Origin: Bugula neritina | Lineage: Eukaryota > Animalia > Bryozoa | Direction of reading: 5' to 3' | Assembly: GCA_964035545.1 (NCBI GenBank) | Contig: OZ037765.1 | Coordinates: 3,100,001 to 3,164,000 of the forward strand | DNA: 64,000 nt | In this document: one piece after another, positions 36,901 to 52,100 of the stretch | Position numbering within the stretch: the stretch's first letter is position 1 | Layout of the letters: each line of letters begins with the position of its first letter | The notes under the pieces: generated by a model | Seen by the model: only the letters and a program-made list of their open reading frames with translations | Databases searched by the model: none | What the model was told of the DNA's origin: nothing | Program-made: the position numbers and the translations under genes

Positions 36901-39900
36901 CAAAGCCAAACCCTGCTTGTGAACTAAGCAATTTCGAGAGAAATGGAACTGTGAGATATGAAGGGAGCACTAGCTGTCTTCAGATAGAAATAGCATTGCT
37001 AGGAAACACCAACTGCTGCATATGCTAACTTAGATGCTGACCTTGAGAGATTGCAGTAACTGCATGCTGCCAGTGCACAGCTGTGCTCTCTCCTCAACCT
37101 CATTCCATTCTGTCTCAGTGAACACTTGGGCCTGCTTCTCTCCAGCATAGTTGGCCAAGTCAGTGATTTTCCTCTCAACTACAAATCCTCCTTTCTCAGA
37201 GCCGTGCATCAAACCATGCTTTACTTCATTCTCCAACTCTATAATGACGTAACATAATGGAGCCAAATATTTAGTCAGTTATAGTGCAGAATCTATAAAT
37301 AGCTTCACAGCCTATCTCCTTATATTACAAAGGTATAAGTTGTATTGGCTGATGCTAACATATAACTTGCACCTTATTGGCTGATGTAAAAGTTAAATTC
37401 TATTTTGGTTAGCTTCAAGAATACAATACAACAAAATAGCTAATGATTGATAGATCGAGTCTCTTATGGAGAAGTGAGCAGAAGATGCGACAACCACATG
37501 AATATACAGCTATAGAGCAAAACATACACGCATATACATGCATAAATAAAGTGTTGATGGCTCTAACTTCATGCACTGAAATTGATACTGGAAATACTTG
37601 GCATCTGACAAATGTTTCCTCAGTGGGGAGACAACTTATTTTATTGTAATAATACTCCCTTAAGAGCAATTACTATGTTCTTGCTTTTTGACAATACAGG
37701 CCACCAAATCATAACATACCTGAAGCGAAGTAAGTTCGAATAGCCTCAGGGGGAAGGCTCCCCTCCCTGCAGCAGAGCTCCACCCCATACATGAGCACGT
37801 TCCACAGGCTATCTCTATCTTCACTCCAATCATCTCCATCACTCTCCTGAGAGTAGCAGTTGTTTCAAATGTTATTATCTGATTAAAGCAGGGCTTATGT
37901 TTACTGCTATAGACAAACTTGTTCAAGCAGAAAAGCAGTATTCAATATTTACAAATATAGGTGGGACTGAGTTCATCTGTTATAAATAACTATTGCGACT
38001 TTGTAATTCATGAGATCAAATTTCATAATAGTTGCATAATGTAAGACAAAATGTTTATTATGTTGGTAGAGGTAGTAACATAATATTATTACAGTGTGTG
38101 TGTTGTGTTTTTTTCCCTATATAGAAATATTTATTGTCGCAGACTGAAAGAAAGTAGCAATGTGAAAAGTTATATCATAAGTTACAAGTGTGAGATGCAA
38201 CTGTGTGTAGGTAAGTGAGAATGCTGGGTTTTCTTACCAGTCTGAAAGGTTAGCTATTGTGTAGTGGCCACAATGAATGTTGAAAAAGCATAATATAACT
38301 GGCATAGCCGATATTATATGTGAAAAGCTGTCATGAATTAGGGAAAAGGTTTCCCAGCTTATGTAAAGTCCTAGCAGTGTGTGTGTAGCTGCAATATTAC
38401 ACTAACTAGTAAATGCAGTTCAATAAACTAGAAGTCGTGGTATCTCAACATATCATCATGCTAAACTTATGCATTATCACACCACACATAGTTTATAAGC
38501 AGGAAAGACAACTCTAGAGTTCAACAAATTAACTAATAAGTACTGTACTGTAGTGGAAGTATGAAAGGAATTGCATGAAACTTGCCACAACTGGTCTAAG
38601 CACGTGCACAGCAGGTATACTGTTCTCATCTTTGATGTACCACTTATCAAGCAGGTTGAATGCCCTGGCCCTTCTTCCATTAGAATTCAGTAGAGCTGTT
38701 TGTATCAGTTCAAATATTTCAGACAAGACGAGTTGTGGGACAGGCCGTTTCCCATATTTTTGACCAATTAGAACCTGTGTTATAAGTATATGTATATAAT
38801 TTATAGGTTAGCAAAATCACAAAAATATTGATACAGACTGTAAAGCTACCATTCTGCCAATCTTTAGTACATACTCTATATATGTTATACTTGATAGGGG
38901 TTGACTATTTGAAAGATATACTTTTGAAATTTAAAGCTAAACAAACAATTTAATGATTATTGATAAGACTGTAAATGTTAGTAACTAAAGGAGTTGAATT
39001 GTGTACATGAATTAAAATGTCAAAATATCCTTTAACTGAGCCATGAAAATGATTATCAACAGAAATTTTTAACAGTAGATTGAAAGTCATATCGCCTGCC
39101 CTTACAGCCTACCAATTGTAGAATACTTGGGCTAAACTTTATGAAATTTAATATTGCCAATATTGCAATCAACCACCATACAAATAATTGATATGCCTCA
39201 AAAGTTGAAGCAACAGAAACTCTCGACTTACCATGAAACAGGGCCCAGCTGAAAGTTTCTGAGCTCTGAGTAATTCCTTTAGCCTAAATTCCCTGGCTTC
39301 ATAAGAATCCGCTATACCACCAGCACCATCATCTGCACCAAACATAAGGTCCACATGCTAAAACAATATAGTATGATACAATCTAACACTGCCATATATT
39401 TTGTGGCAAGTCTCTATACTATATAGTGGGTAGTCTAATTTTGCTTTTCCAGACTTTGTGCTGCTTAATAAGCTTATAGTAGGAATTGGGATGGAAGTTT
39501 ATTAAAATTCAACAAAAATTCACCAAATTATTTCAAGCTCTATAACATGCAACTATCAACTAGCAGGTAACTACTAGCTTCTTGCTACTAGCAAATAGCA
39601 ACATTAGATACCGTAAACTGGAAACTGGTGTACACATGGGACACTCATCTTAGATGAATAAGTTGAAATAAGTAATTAAACATTTTTCACAATATTAATG
39701 CTATGTAATGGTTGGCAAAAGATAATAGGAAAAAAAGCATTATTATATATTACAATCAATTTGAACAAACTAATTTGAAGCATAATATAATATATAATAA
39801 TATATATATAATATGTACCTGCTGCTAACTGAGCCAATTACAGTATAGGACATATAATCTACGAAAACCAGAATTAAACTTGTGAACAAATCCCTATATT

Positions 39901-42272
39901 AGTACAATTAGTACAACACCCCAAAAATAACGTAGATTATTAATGGAAGAGCTCAGGCAATTTACTTCTTAGATTATATATGGCATCACGTGCATTATTT
40001 TTTACCCTAGATCTATGGCTCAGTTCAAATTAAACAGTTTTATAATACATGTCATCATGAAACTCCCCCAAACTCTTTTATGTTAGTTTATAGAATAGAA
40101 TTATAATGCTCACATGAAGTTCTAGTCCATATTTAGCCTTTGTTTCTTCTCTGAGTGGTGGTATTACACGGGACAGTATAGCATTGCGCTCCTCTCTAAA
40201 CTCTGTAATGGAAACATACATAATCAGCCAGGAATTTAGTTATTTTGGTTTCAGTGTATGAGAGCTACAAGTTGGCTATATGCCAGTTAATTGAGTTTGT
40301 TTGGCTGGGATATGCTTCCCTCCAATAGCTATCCTAACATGCTTAAAAATCGTTACTCAGTTATATAATATAAAATGTTTATTAATGAACTAGTCTAATA
40401 TAATCAGGGAATTGATAAAACAGTTGGCTGACATGTTTTAATATTATGACATGTCCATTATGTTACTTCTTTCTTAACTTGAATGATTTTGGTCTTATAT
40501 TTACTACCTGATATACTACAGATAGGTAATAAAGTATAGCTTTTTCATTGTTCATTACAGAAAAAAACTTATTGAAATATAAAACTTGATATTCGAATGA
40601 GTTTAGTTAGTATGAGAGTAGAGTATTGAGTTTAGATTTTATAAAATGCAAGCAGGTATGAAAACATGCAGTCAGACGTTTGATTGGAAGCATTAAAACA
40701 GGATATTGAAAGTGAAATGTATGTCGTGGATGAAAGCAGCAGACGCTCACTTGACCGCAAATGGCAGCCATTCTTAATATAATAATTGTATACTGATACA
40801 ATGTGGAATCAAAGACTCGATTCGATTATAGTGAAAAGCCTCTCTTCTCTGTGTATCTATGAAGCCGACAATTAAATACCTGCATCAAAGAAATATTGAT
40901 TTTCTAATTTAGTTAAATTAGATCGCTAATAATTATATATTTGCTTAGTTTACTGGAGTAACAGTTGAAGCAGCAGTCTACATAAAAGAAATACATTTCA
41001 TTATCTAACTGTATGTTAGCCTAGTGCATTGCAGTATATCAGCACGCATGCCTATGCTTTGATCACAGATTCTGTACGATAACTCAAATTATTTATAAGT
41101 TTATATATTGTCAACAGTCTACACTTTCATTATATATAAAACTCTAACCAAAAAGTGTAAATAATCCAGTCCAGCATTCACTCCTTAATTGTAATTACTG
41201 TTTAAAGAACTTTCACATCAACAGAAACAAAAAATTATCCAATACTTACAATTATTTTGTCAGTAAAACGAAAGTTATGTACGTCTTATATATACAATAT
41301 AAAAACTACCGGGTAAGTGAGTACAGCTAACCTTTCTACTTCTTTAGCTGCACTGCATGACTCATATTATGACATTGATAGCTAAATAGCTGTCAACAAG
41401 CTACTAGGTACCAAAAAGCTTTCACCAATGATTTATATGAATGTACTTTTAAGGATTTTTTTCTGTAGAATTAGACTTTTGTAAGCCACTATGAAGTAAA
41501 AATAATTATTCTATTTATAATTGTACCATATTATTTTTTTTTAGGAAATCTTTCTTCTATAGTCAGTTAGACAGATTTACTCTATCTGTTCCATTCTTTT
41601 ATAATTACAATTGTATTATGTTATGTACTATGGTAAAACTTTGTTACCCACAATTTCAATTTGGAAAACAGAAGCAAAACTATGACTTCTACTTTAGATA
41701 GTTGAAACAGATTTTTAGATGAATAATATTATTCATGTTTGCTATTTTTTGTTAATTGAAACCGCACATGCCACATGGCATATTGCTAGAATCACATGTC
41801 ACATCTATAAAGTAGAACCTGACTTGTAAATGTATGCCTTTCCAAATGTTGTTCAAATAAAAGTACCAGAAAACAAAGACTAACAGAGCAGTGACTAAGC
41901 AATGCTATTAGCTGGTAAAGTGACAGACTACAGTTAAAAGCTAAGCAGTTTGACAGTGTATATAAAAGCTATATAGAAACTCTTCAAGTTAATTACTATT
42001 ACTGCATACTGGTATATAGATGCATCGTGCTTGGATTTAAAAACTTATATTTCAAGGTTTTCTAAAGTCTAAAGGACAGGCAACTCAGGAAAAAGTGATT
42101 TTGAGCTTTAGCTGTTGGGACAGTTACTATGGCAACCAATCAACAAATGGTACTCACCTTCTCCTGGAAGATTGCAGCTAAGAAATACTTTGATCTGATT
42201 GGACTGTTCAGTTGGAATATCACTCAGTGAGTTAAGATGGCCGGAATACAGCCTCAGCTGTGCTGCATCCAT
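30931..42272 (-). CDS. NACHT and WD-repeat domain-containing protein (NWD1/NWD2-like STAND NTPase), ~1741 aa, 9 coding exons
   Basis: Exons 42272-42158, 40202-40114, 39357-39232, 38774-38586, 37846-37720, 37238-37042, 36015-35757, 35237-35113, 34929-30931 (5226 nt). N-terminal DUF4062-like region (IKVFLS..EERNAI..VIPPLR; LIGQKYG; WYIKDENSIP), Walker A GESGSGKT, VIRFIGLT, Walker B LVLLLDSL, LPLYI, GLSDMEMEDLLSLDE, WD40-like repeats, C-terminal CLVM. Confidence 0.92.
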
Positions 42273-43112
42273 GGCCCAATGTACTTTAGTCACAGCTCAG
42301 CCATCGTATGTTTGGAAGAAATCACTCACAACTTACGACTGCCTTTTGATTAAATCTATCTCAGCAATGCTAACTCGACTCAATAATTAAATACACAATC
42401 TAATTGTTCAGAATATATAAGGGCTGTAGTGATTTAGTGCTGATAATGTGCGGTTGCTTAGCAACTGCTAATACAATGAAGAGAACTCTATGGCAAATGT
42501 TTAATTGCTTTGAGCAGTTTATGCCTTTTTAAACAGCCTTAAGAAAGTTTGTAAAGAAATAATTAGATGCAAACAACTAACTCTATACGCATTGAACTTG
42601 CTGAATACATGTTACTTTGTGCTAATAAACCAACTTACTAATATAATTCAATACTATGAAATAAATCAGTGATATAAATTAATAACCATGTATTTGTAAG
42701 AACACAGCACAAACAAATACAATGCAATCTGTTGAGCAACAGTGGAGTAAAATCTGTAACATAATCATTGATTCAAGATTTTGGAAACAAAAACTTTGAA
42801 ATATAACATTTGGATGGTTTTGAATTGATCACATAGTGGCATTATACAGTTTCAAGTGTTGATAAATAACAACAAAACATATATAGATGGCTAAGAATAA
42901 AAATATTTCAAATAATTTATAGCCGGGGACCCATAAAGGGAGATTCTACTTGTGTGGACGGAGTTGAATTATTTTGGAGGGACAGAAAAAATAGTATATA
43001 TTATAGTTATATTTTATATATAATAATCACTGAAATTAAATACTGCTTAAGAAAATAAAGCAAAAACCAACAATAATGAATTAAAAAAGGCTCAATCAAC
43101 AGCCTAAAACTG

Positions 43113-46100
43113 TTAGAGTTGAGTCACTATAAGATTGGGCAGCCCATATGTGACCATATTATACCACTGGCGTTTCTTTATCACTTCTGGTTCTTCCTTC
43201 TCCTCTGGAAGCTCAACGTCTGCTGCTACAGATGCTGATTCATCATCAACTGGCTCTGCCACTTCTTCTACAGAATATATAGCAAGTAAGTATTAAATGT
43301 CAATGAATGTTGAGTTCGCTGTATGTTTCACATTCTCAATGAAGGAAAGAAAAGGTGTCCACTTCAGACATCCTTGTGAATAACCCTGGGCCACAATATT
43401 AAAAAGGTTTCTAGCATTGGTTTTACTGATGGGACCATCACCGTAACATTTATAGTACATTAATGTGTTTAGTTTATTAGCTTCATAATCACAAAAATAA
43501 TGTTATACAAAAATTCGCTAAATCTAAAAAAAATCAATCAATATGAAATAAGCTAATTAATTAATTGATAGGTCAAATAATCAGCCAATCAAACCCCTTT
43601 CTCATGATATCATCAGAAACAAGATCAACATAAATGTTTAGAGATGAACAAATCAACAAGAGTATGCCATATTATATAATAATATTACATATATTATATA
43701 TCCAATGCGACTGTAAATGCAGTAGCATAATATCTATACACAACTACGCAGGACACCAACAGAAACTAAGTGTGCGAGATAAGAACAGATAAGGTTGCTA
43801 ACTCAGACTGAAACCTTTACAATTTGGTCTAACAACTCAACAATAAATTATAACTAACGTTATTGAAACATAATGAACAGAAATCATAAGAAATGAGAAG
43901 GATCAAGCTCTTATTATACAATACTCAGAAAGAGTGAGCTTGCAGTCTATTTGAGAACTATGACTGAAACTAACTACAAACTCACATACAATTGCTACAG
44001 AACCTTCAGATTATGCAATATACTGTAAAAATACTTGTTCACTATATTATACTGTTAAAATTTCCTTTTACAAATAACAGAAATATTGAAAATATATGTT
44101 TTAGTTTTTTAACACTGAGAAGAAAACGTAAGTCATATTTAATCTAGAATAAAATTTGAACATCAACAAAGAGGTTGGTTCTATTAGCAATAGTATGAAG
44201 TAAAACTACTCCTAGACTAGTCCGGCAGCATAACACTGGCAGCAGCATTCTTAAACAGAGCTACAAACCTTTCTTTTTTCTTTTTGATGATTTAGATGTT
44301 CTACCAGCTGCGAAGGCAATTAATAGAATTATGTATTACATTAGGCATACAACATATGTTTTTATATTCTATGATTTAAACCTGTTCAAAAGTACATAAC
44401 CCTCATCAGATAAGTTGAGGGCGTTTTTTACAAAATAACCTGCAGATTTCATGATAAAATCTCTTATAACTTGAGAAATTCCCAGAAAATAATTTCACAT
44501 GAATAATGGGATTGTTAAATGCGAAAATTAGAAAGACAATTCTAAAAAGAAGACGATTCCAGAAGTTTATAATGAAGCACACGTACGCGACGACTCACCA
44601 GGTTTATCGGCAGCGTTCTTTAACTCCTTCTCCCTCTGCTCTCTCTCGAGTTCCTCTCTCTCTGCGTCAGCTATGGCTTGTCTCATGGCTGGGTTACACA
44701 GAAGTCTGCCAGACACCCCGGTGGTACGGCCTCTCTCTAACAGGTCTGCGTTACACAACAGAACAATCTAATGTGTGATACACAACAGAACAATGTAATG
44801 TGTGATGAAGTATCCCTGTGGGTGTGTTCAATTTTATGCTCTACACTACAAAGTTTGGTAACTTGGGTTCGATAAAACAGGGATAAATAACTACTAAAAT
44901 ATCTAACAATTTTCTTAAGATAATACAGTTTAGATTCAACACGTTTTATTAAGGTTTGCATAGGTTTCACTGTATTGCTCAAAGTTGCTGTTAGACTTGG
45001 CATTTTAAAAAAACTAAAACTACTTTTTAAACTTTAAAATGCAAGTTTTTTGTTATAGATTAACTAACTTTATAAAGTTGAATTTACAGAAATGCTACAA
45101 ATCTTCACAAGTTTGTGTTTTACCAAACAAGAATCATTTAAGAAGTTATATCAGCCATAAACCTCACTACATTGAAAAATACAAAGTTGGCGGAAAAAGA
45201 GAGAGAGCTCAATGTTGAGAATAGAGCTAATAATTAACAGGTTAACAGAGGAAAGAGTAGAATGGATTTACTCACCATGAAAAGTGTGTTTGACATTAAC
45301 AGAGTTCTCAGGCAAGGTACAATGCCACTGATTGGCTACAACACATTTCACTCCAGCCAATGAAAGCATCAGAGCTGTACAAAGAGGAGTTTCTAAGCTC
45401 AGCTGTGATTGCCTGAAAAGAAATGGTTGACTGTATGAAACTCAACTCCCACCCACAAACTCCAGATGTATATATTATAGAGGGTATATATTATTGAGAA
45501 TATATTATATTAGAGAGTAGATAGAATATAGAGAGAGCACATTATATAGTATATATTATAGATAATATAGCAGGACCACAGCGGTGAAAATTGACCAAAG
45601 GCGACCATAGAGAGTATACATTACAGAGATTATATTATATTAGAGAGTATAGAAAGTATATTATATTATGTAGCAGCCATGATGTCGGGGTTAGAATGTC
45701 CGGCTTAGTAAACACGAAGTTATGGGTTCAAGCCCTGACAAAGGCCATTGGTGATGTTAGGAAAAGCATCCAGTCATAATTGCTCCTGTGTCAAATATGA
45801 ATAAGTCCTTAGCTTTAAAAAACCCTTTCCACCAGGGGTTCTCGCATGGGGACTATGAACTCTCATGGGCTTTTAGAGAAAGTACATTATACAATTTATA
45901 TCTATTATATTATAGAGCATAGAGAGTATATTATATTGAAGAGTTATATAGAGTATATTATAGTATGTATTATAAAGAGTTTACTATACTATAGAGAGTA
46001 AAGAGCATAGTATTATATTAAAGGATATAATATAAACTCACTGCTTCAGAACATTGTTGATGGATCTCCTAGTGAAGCTCTTCCCAGTCTGACACAAATC

Positions 46101-49100
46101 ATACAGAAGACACACCATGCACTCCGGGATGTCCAGAGACACCAGCTTGTCAGGTGTCAGGTAGGAGAGGAGGTGCTCAAACCCGTAGAAGAAGAATGAA
46201 CTGCTGTCAGTGAGGTACGTCTCCCATTCGCAGACGCTGTCGGTGTACAAAGTCAGTATATATATAGTCAGCATACATAAAAGGTAAACTATATAGCACA
46301 ATATAGAAAATATACAAGCAATACTATAATATCAAATTAAATACTATTTATAAATAGAATAAGTAGTATAGAAACACCAGCATACAATATATAATCTCAG
46401 TACTACAATCAATAAATTAATTAAAAAGAATAATCATATAGACTGCACACTTCTAGAATATTCCTCTATGAACATGCAGCAAGTATCTATATCAAACACA
46501 AAGAAAGCAGACAGAAGCGTTACCTGGGTTCATGGTCCAGGTGAGTGATGCCTATCCACCTGGTGGTGAACTGCTGGTTGTACTTGTTGTATAGGGAATC
46601 AAATATCTTCATTGGACTGTCGTCGTCTGCATAAAAACAGAACAAAATATTTTTTATGGTGGTTTGTTTCTGTCAGCTAGCTCTTTCTAAGAAATTGTAA
46701 ACAAACTGACTTTAGTCAATATACCACCAAATTATGTTTCATAAATTATGTAAGAAAGCAACATTAAAATACCATGGAAGCGAATCTAATATGTTTACAG
46801 GAAACTTTGCCATTCTATGAATTATATGCTAGACATCATTGTGTTAGAAGCACTCAGCAAACCTTCACATTCTTACAAATTTTCCTCCAATATGCAAACA
46901 ATGCCGTGAACAAACTAGTATAATTCACAATGTATAAACATTTACTACATTACACTTCCCATACTCGCATGCCCTTTCAAATAAAGTGTATATTAGAGAA
47001 TGGTCAACTCTCTAACTACACACTAACTGATGACATCACGCAATACAGAAGTAGTTACCGTCTTCCACCAAGTCGCCGTGTGGGTCCACCATGAACTTGA
47101 CGTTGTTAGTATCAACAGGCAGATAGCCGGCAGGTATTGGTCTGTCCAGCGGAATATACTTAGCTTGCTTCTTAGCGGCGTCTCTAGCCCCCGGTATCCG
47201 CGAGGGAATGGCATTCTTAGCCTGCTGTGCAGCCTTCAGCTCTTCAGCTAAAAATGAGAAGTGATACGAATACTAATAAGACTTGTGATAAGTTTAGGAA
47301 ATTCCTAATTTTTCTATTCTGTTGAGTCAAAAGACTGGAGTTGGAACCTTGGGACTATTTTGGTAGAGAAAGTTTGATATTTTCTCAATGTAAATCCACT
47401 TAATGTAAAATTATGCACTGTAAAGAAGGTTTGAAGCTGCTCAAAAACTCTTTTGTATTGATTTATAAATAATGTATAATTGATCAACTTTATTTCTGAT
47501 ATCAAAATCTCCACCTTTCAAACATACACACATCTGTATAAAAGGTATGAACCAAAACGCACCAGCAATGCGCCGGTTAATTATATCTTCTTAAATTATT
47601 TTGAATTTTGAGTAATACTAGACTTTATAATGGCAGAACAGTTAACTCGTAACACTAATGAATAATAACAGTGCTGAGGTAAGATAAACTGACGTGTGAG
47701 CTGCTCCTGGTGATGTCGATGGTATATCATCTGCAGAGAGAGATCTCGCGTCATGGAGGCAATATTGTGAGACTCAAACATAGTGAGCGCCTCCAGGGGG
47801 AGCTCCAAGAGTTGACAGTCAGCCAAGAGTACGACTGTGTCAGCGACTTCGACAGCGCCGGCCTTCTCTTTCTTACCTTCTGCGTAACTGGAGGCAGTTG
47901 GAGGTCTACAAAGTGTCTTCAGAGTTACATTCAAAAGAAAAAAACAGTAAAAGAACAATTCACTTCTGCCATAAAGAAGTAAAAGTCAATAATTTATTAA
48001 TTGATTATAATTCGAAAAAATAAATGAAAATTTCAACTGATATATATCAACCAAATTATGAAAAGTTGGAGTGACACAGGAAATGGTTGCATTCTGGGGC
48101 TTCATGTAACACTAGCTGGTAGTTCTGATTACATAAGACTAACAGCTCTGACTCATAGCTGCCGGGTACAATGGCAGCAGCATAGTACACAGGGCATTGT
48201 ATGCACAACATATGCTGAGAAATAATAGTAGTAGAAATATGGCAGGTGACTGAAATGATGATGAGAGGTATTGGCAGCGACAGGTGAACTGATTATCACG
48301 ACATTCTCACAACTATAACAAGCAGCGGCAGCGGTGCTCACGGCAACTCATGCGATACAAACTTGGGTTTCTTGTATTTCCATTTCCCAGCTCGGTATGT
48401 ACTAATCAAGTTATTCACCCTTCAAATTCACACAAACCAAACGTAACGTCTAAGAAAATAGATGGGTGAAGATTAAAAGGTTTTTCCCAGAACTTCAAGT
48501 GAACTTTTAAATGCAGCAGACAAAGCATTTGACAAGCAAGCTGACTAGGAAAGACAACTTCTTGCTAGACCTATGTTCAGCTTCCAAATAATACAATGCG
48601 ATAGAAAGAGTTGGCGATTGTCAATTTTTTAAATTTTTACAGTTTGCCTTTGAGAAGAACAAAACTATTTTCAATTATTACCATTAGGCAAATTAAAAGG
48701 AACATTTAAAGCTAAGCAACATGAAATAAAGCTGAACTCTGAAGGCTGCAAAGCAAGACAATAGAAAAGGAACAAGTTGGAACTGCTAGAATAAGATATA
48801 ATAGGATTGTTTCTTAACCTTCGACTTGGCTTTTTATAAGTTTGTGCTCTAAAAATAAGGCATTAGAATACAACATTGCAGAAATTCTAAATTCAATATT
48901 TAGTTGATTATAGCTGAAGCCTTTAGTTTAGTGCAAAACTAGAAATTTAATGGTTTTCAAAAACAAACCAAGTGAAAAAAATTAAATTAAAATTACAGAA
49001 TAAAATTAGCAGTTTCAAATATTTAGATCTAACGATTAGTAGTCTATTTATATCACTTTGAATTATGACAGTTGACAATAGTTACTCAATAACATTATAG

Positions 49101-52100
49101 TGAGAACTATTACTCCAGTATATTATGACAGGTTAGCTGTCACATGACTCATAACAGAATAGCTAAATGTCTAAATATAGAAATAAAGCACCTGATGTCG
49201 ATGTCAAGCAGGTCCGTCAGTGGTTTCATGTACTCCTCCAAATCAGTCAGTATTTTGTCAAACTGACCCTGTAGTTCAGATTCGTCTTCCTCTTCATTCA
49301 GATCATCAAGCTATAAACATATTCTTGTGTTTACACAGTGGTACTTCATGGCAATTATACACATGTATGCAAGTGATAATAAGAACTACAAATCAACTTT
49401 TAATATAAGCAAATCTAATAGAAGAAAAATTGACTGTTCAATTACAGAGAAAAAAAGTTGGATAATTAAAATATAGATTGAAATAATTTCCCAGAAAGCT
49501 CAGGCATGTGAGCGTGCATTTGAATTTATAATAGAAGATCGCTTAGCAAAGTATGCCAGCAGAGGTAGCTATATAAATTTCTTTACAAGTCCAGCTGTTT
49601 ACAGCAAAGGAACATGAAAAGATAAGAAAAAATGTATAAGATATCTTGCACAAGCAGTAGAAAAATATTTATATGCCATACCCTAGCAGCAGCACTGTAA
49701 TCAAACTGCAGAAGTAGATTGGGATAATAGGTAATGCAGAAAGGTACTGCTTTAAGTGAAACATTGGCTAAGAGCCAAATTTCTATTCCTGGGCAAATGA
49801 AAGTAAATATCTCAGTTTAGAAACTCTACGACTTATAGAAAGCTGAGAAATGTGAAACAATGTAATCAGATGACTGAATCTCGGTCAGCAGAAGAGAATG
49901 GCTGATGTTTATGAAAGAGACGCAATAGTTTATTATAAGCAGTAGTTTGTGTTGAACTATTCCACATGATTTCCCTGTTACCTGGATAGAGGCTCACCTT
50001 TTTACCAGACCCCTTTGTTACCCATCTCTAATATAATAATAGCAAAATAATATAATAATATATAATATAAAATAGTAAAATATACTGTTATATAGTATAA
50101 TATAATGTAATATATCACATAGGGAATATATTAAAATACAATACAACTAAGATGGTATACAGCAAAGATAGTTATAGTAACTTGTAATAAAACTTTGAAG
50201 TCTATTAGGACTAAATTAATTACTAACAAATATAATTGAGTAAATAATAGCATATAAATAGTTCAGAATAACATTTAAATTTTATTTTACCAACATCAAT
50301 TTTAAAATAGCAGACAACTCCTAAGATAAAAAAGCAGAAACAATACTGCAAGGATGGTTGTACTATAAATAGACTAATAAGTTAAAGTATCGTACCGGTT
50401 GAGCGACCTCTCCGATACTCTCCAACATCCTCTCCTGCTGCTTCACAATAGTCCTCTGATACTCCTGCTTCAGTAGAGTTGTCATCACCTCAAACCTGTG
50501 ATCTCTCATTGCCTCTATGATGTCATCCAGCTGTGACGGGTCCACTTTCACTCTTTGTATCTGTAGCAAAATTTCAAGTCAAATATTAGAATCTATTAAA
50601 GTTTATTTATTTAACTACCTTTAAAATGTTGCTACTAGAAATTTCCTTAAAAATAATAAGTGAAAATTTCTGAAAATAATACAATTCTTCTTAAAACGAC
50701 GAGTTTAAATTTTAAAATGTAGTTTAATTTCAGCAGCTCAAATTATACTCAATAGTACGGAGCAGCAAAGACAGTATTCTACTGAATGATATATTCTGTG
50801 TTGGGTTTGTCTTCCCATGCAAGAGCTAACCTTAGCCTTAGAGAATGGAATGGGCCCAGTTGGTTTGCTCTTATCTGTTTTCTTAGCAACAGATTCAGGT
50901 CTGTCTAGTACTGCACCATAGAGGTAATGTCTGAAATATTACACACATAATACTATACAAATGTATGCACTGTATATAGTATATACAAAACTACACGCAT
51001 GCATAAGTCATACACCTATAAACAAACATAATGATACATAGTAAAGCTCATTGTATTATGTAATATAGAGTGAATGACTAAAAAATTACCTGCAAGCTCT
51101 ATATAACGAAAAAGATATTACCTGCAAGCTCTATACGGATAGAGAAAGATTACCTGCAAGGTGAATGCTGTAGCACCACAATCTGCCAGTTGGCTGGCAG
51201 CTCCTTTACCAGTTCCAGATGGTTCTGAAGGATGTTGAGTTTCTGCCAGGCCTGACCCTCCTGTAGAATGTTGCAGACGTCAGTGAAGAGCTGGCCGGCC
51301 ACCAGGTTGGTGGTAATGGTCTTCTCCATCATCTGGTCGTGGAGTCTGACCAGCGCGGCTTTACGTGACGCCATCGGATCCTTGTACGTGGCGTCGAGAA
51401 GGACTTTGAGATCAGATGAGGCACAGCAGCTCTGTGAAGGAGAGAATACAAGACGCGTGGTAGGAAGGGAGATGATGGAGGTGATTTGAGTTTCAGACTT
51501 TATATTAAAATTCAAGTTTTATTTTAGAAATAGTTATGAATTTGTGGCGAAACCATCTATAAGTTGAATTGAAAATGGCTGAGCATTGACATGTTACCAT
51601 GGTTACAGCTGATACCGAATAGGTTATTATAATATATATATAAACTTACCGATCTAAAAGAACTACATTTTAATATAACGCAGAAATTTAACAAATTCTC
51701 TGAAGTTTAGAATGGCAACTGAAGATCATAACCTCTCAAATTAGCTAAATTTGTCATTCACTCAAGCATATTTTCTGTATTTACAAAATTTGAGAAGATA
51801 GGTGGTGTATGTGTGTCACAGCTAAGTGACAACCTAGCCTCAGGATTTGAGAGTGTACAACCATAAAGAAGCTATTTTAACTATTTGGTACACTGGCTAA
51901 AATTTGGGTTAAAATGTATAGGCGCTAGAAATTGTTTTATGTGCTGGTAAATTACAGTATATATACATGTTCACGGACTAATCACTTTAGTTATTGAACA
52001 TGTAACAATAAATATTATTCAGAATACAAGACACTGCTCAATAAATATCATGCCTTTACCTGGTGAATACTAAACCCTCACTTGGTGAATTTTAACCCTT

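Noticed and set aside
37660-37926. 88-aa ORF as the NWD exon frame
   Set aside because: A different frame (ESDGDDWSEDR...YFAS) fits the splice phases and the NWD family pattern.
45672-45745. tRNA gene
   Set aside because: The A box is degenerate, no full cloverleaf or acceptor stem can be drawn, and a SINE-like body follows.
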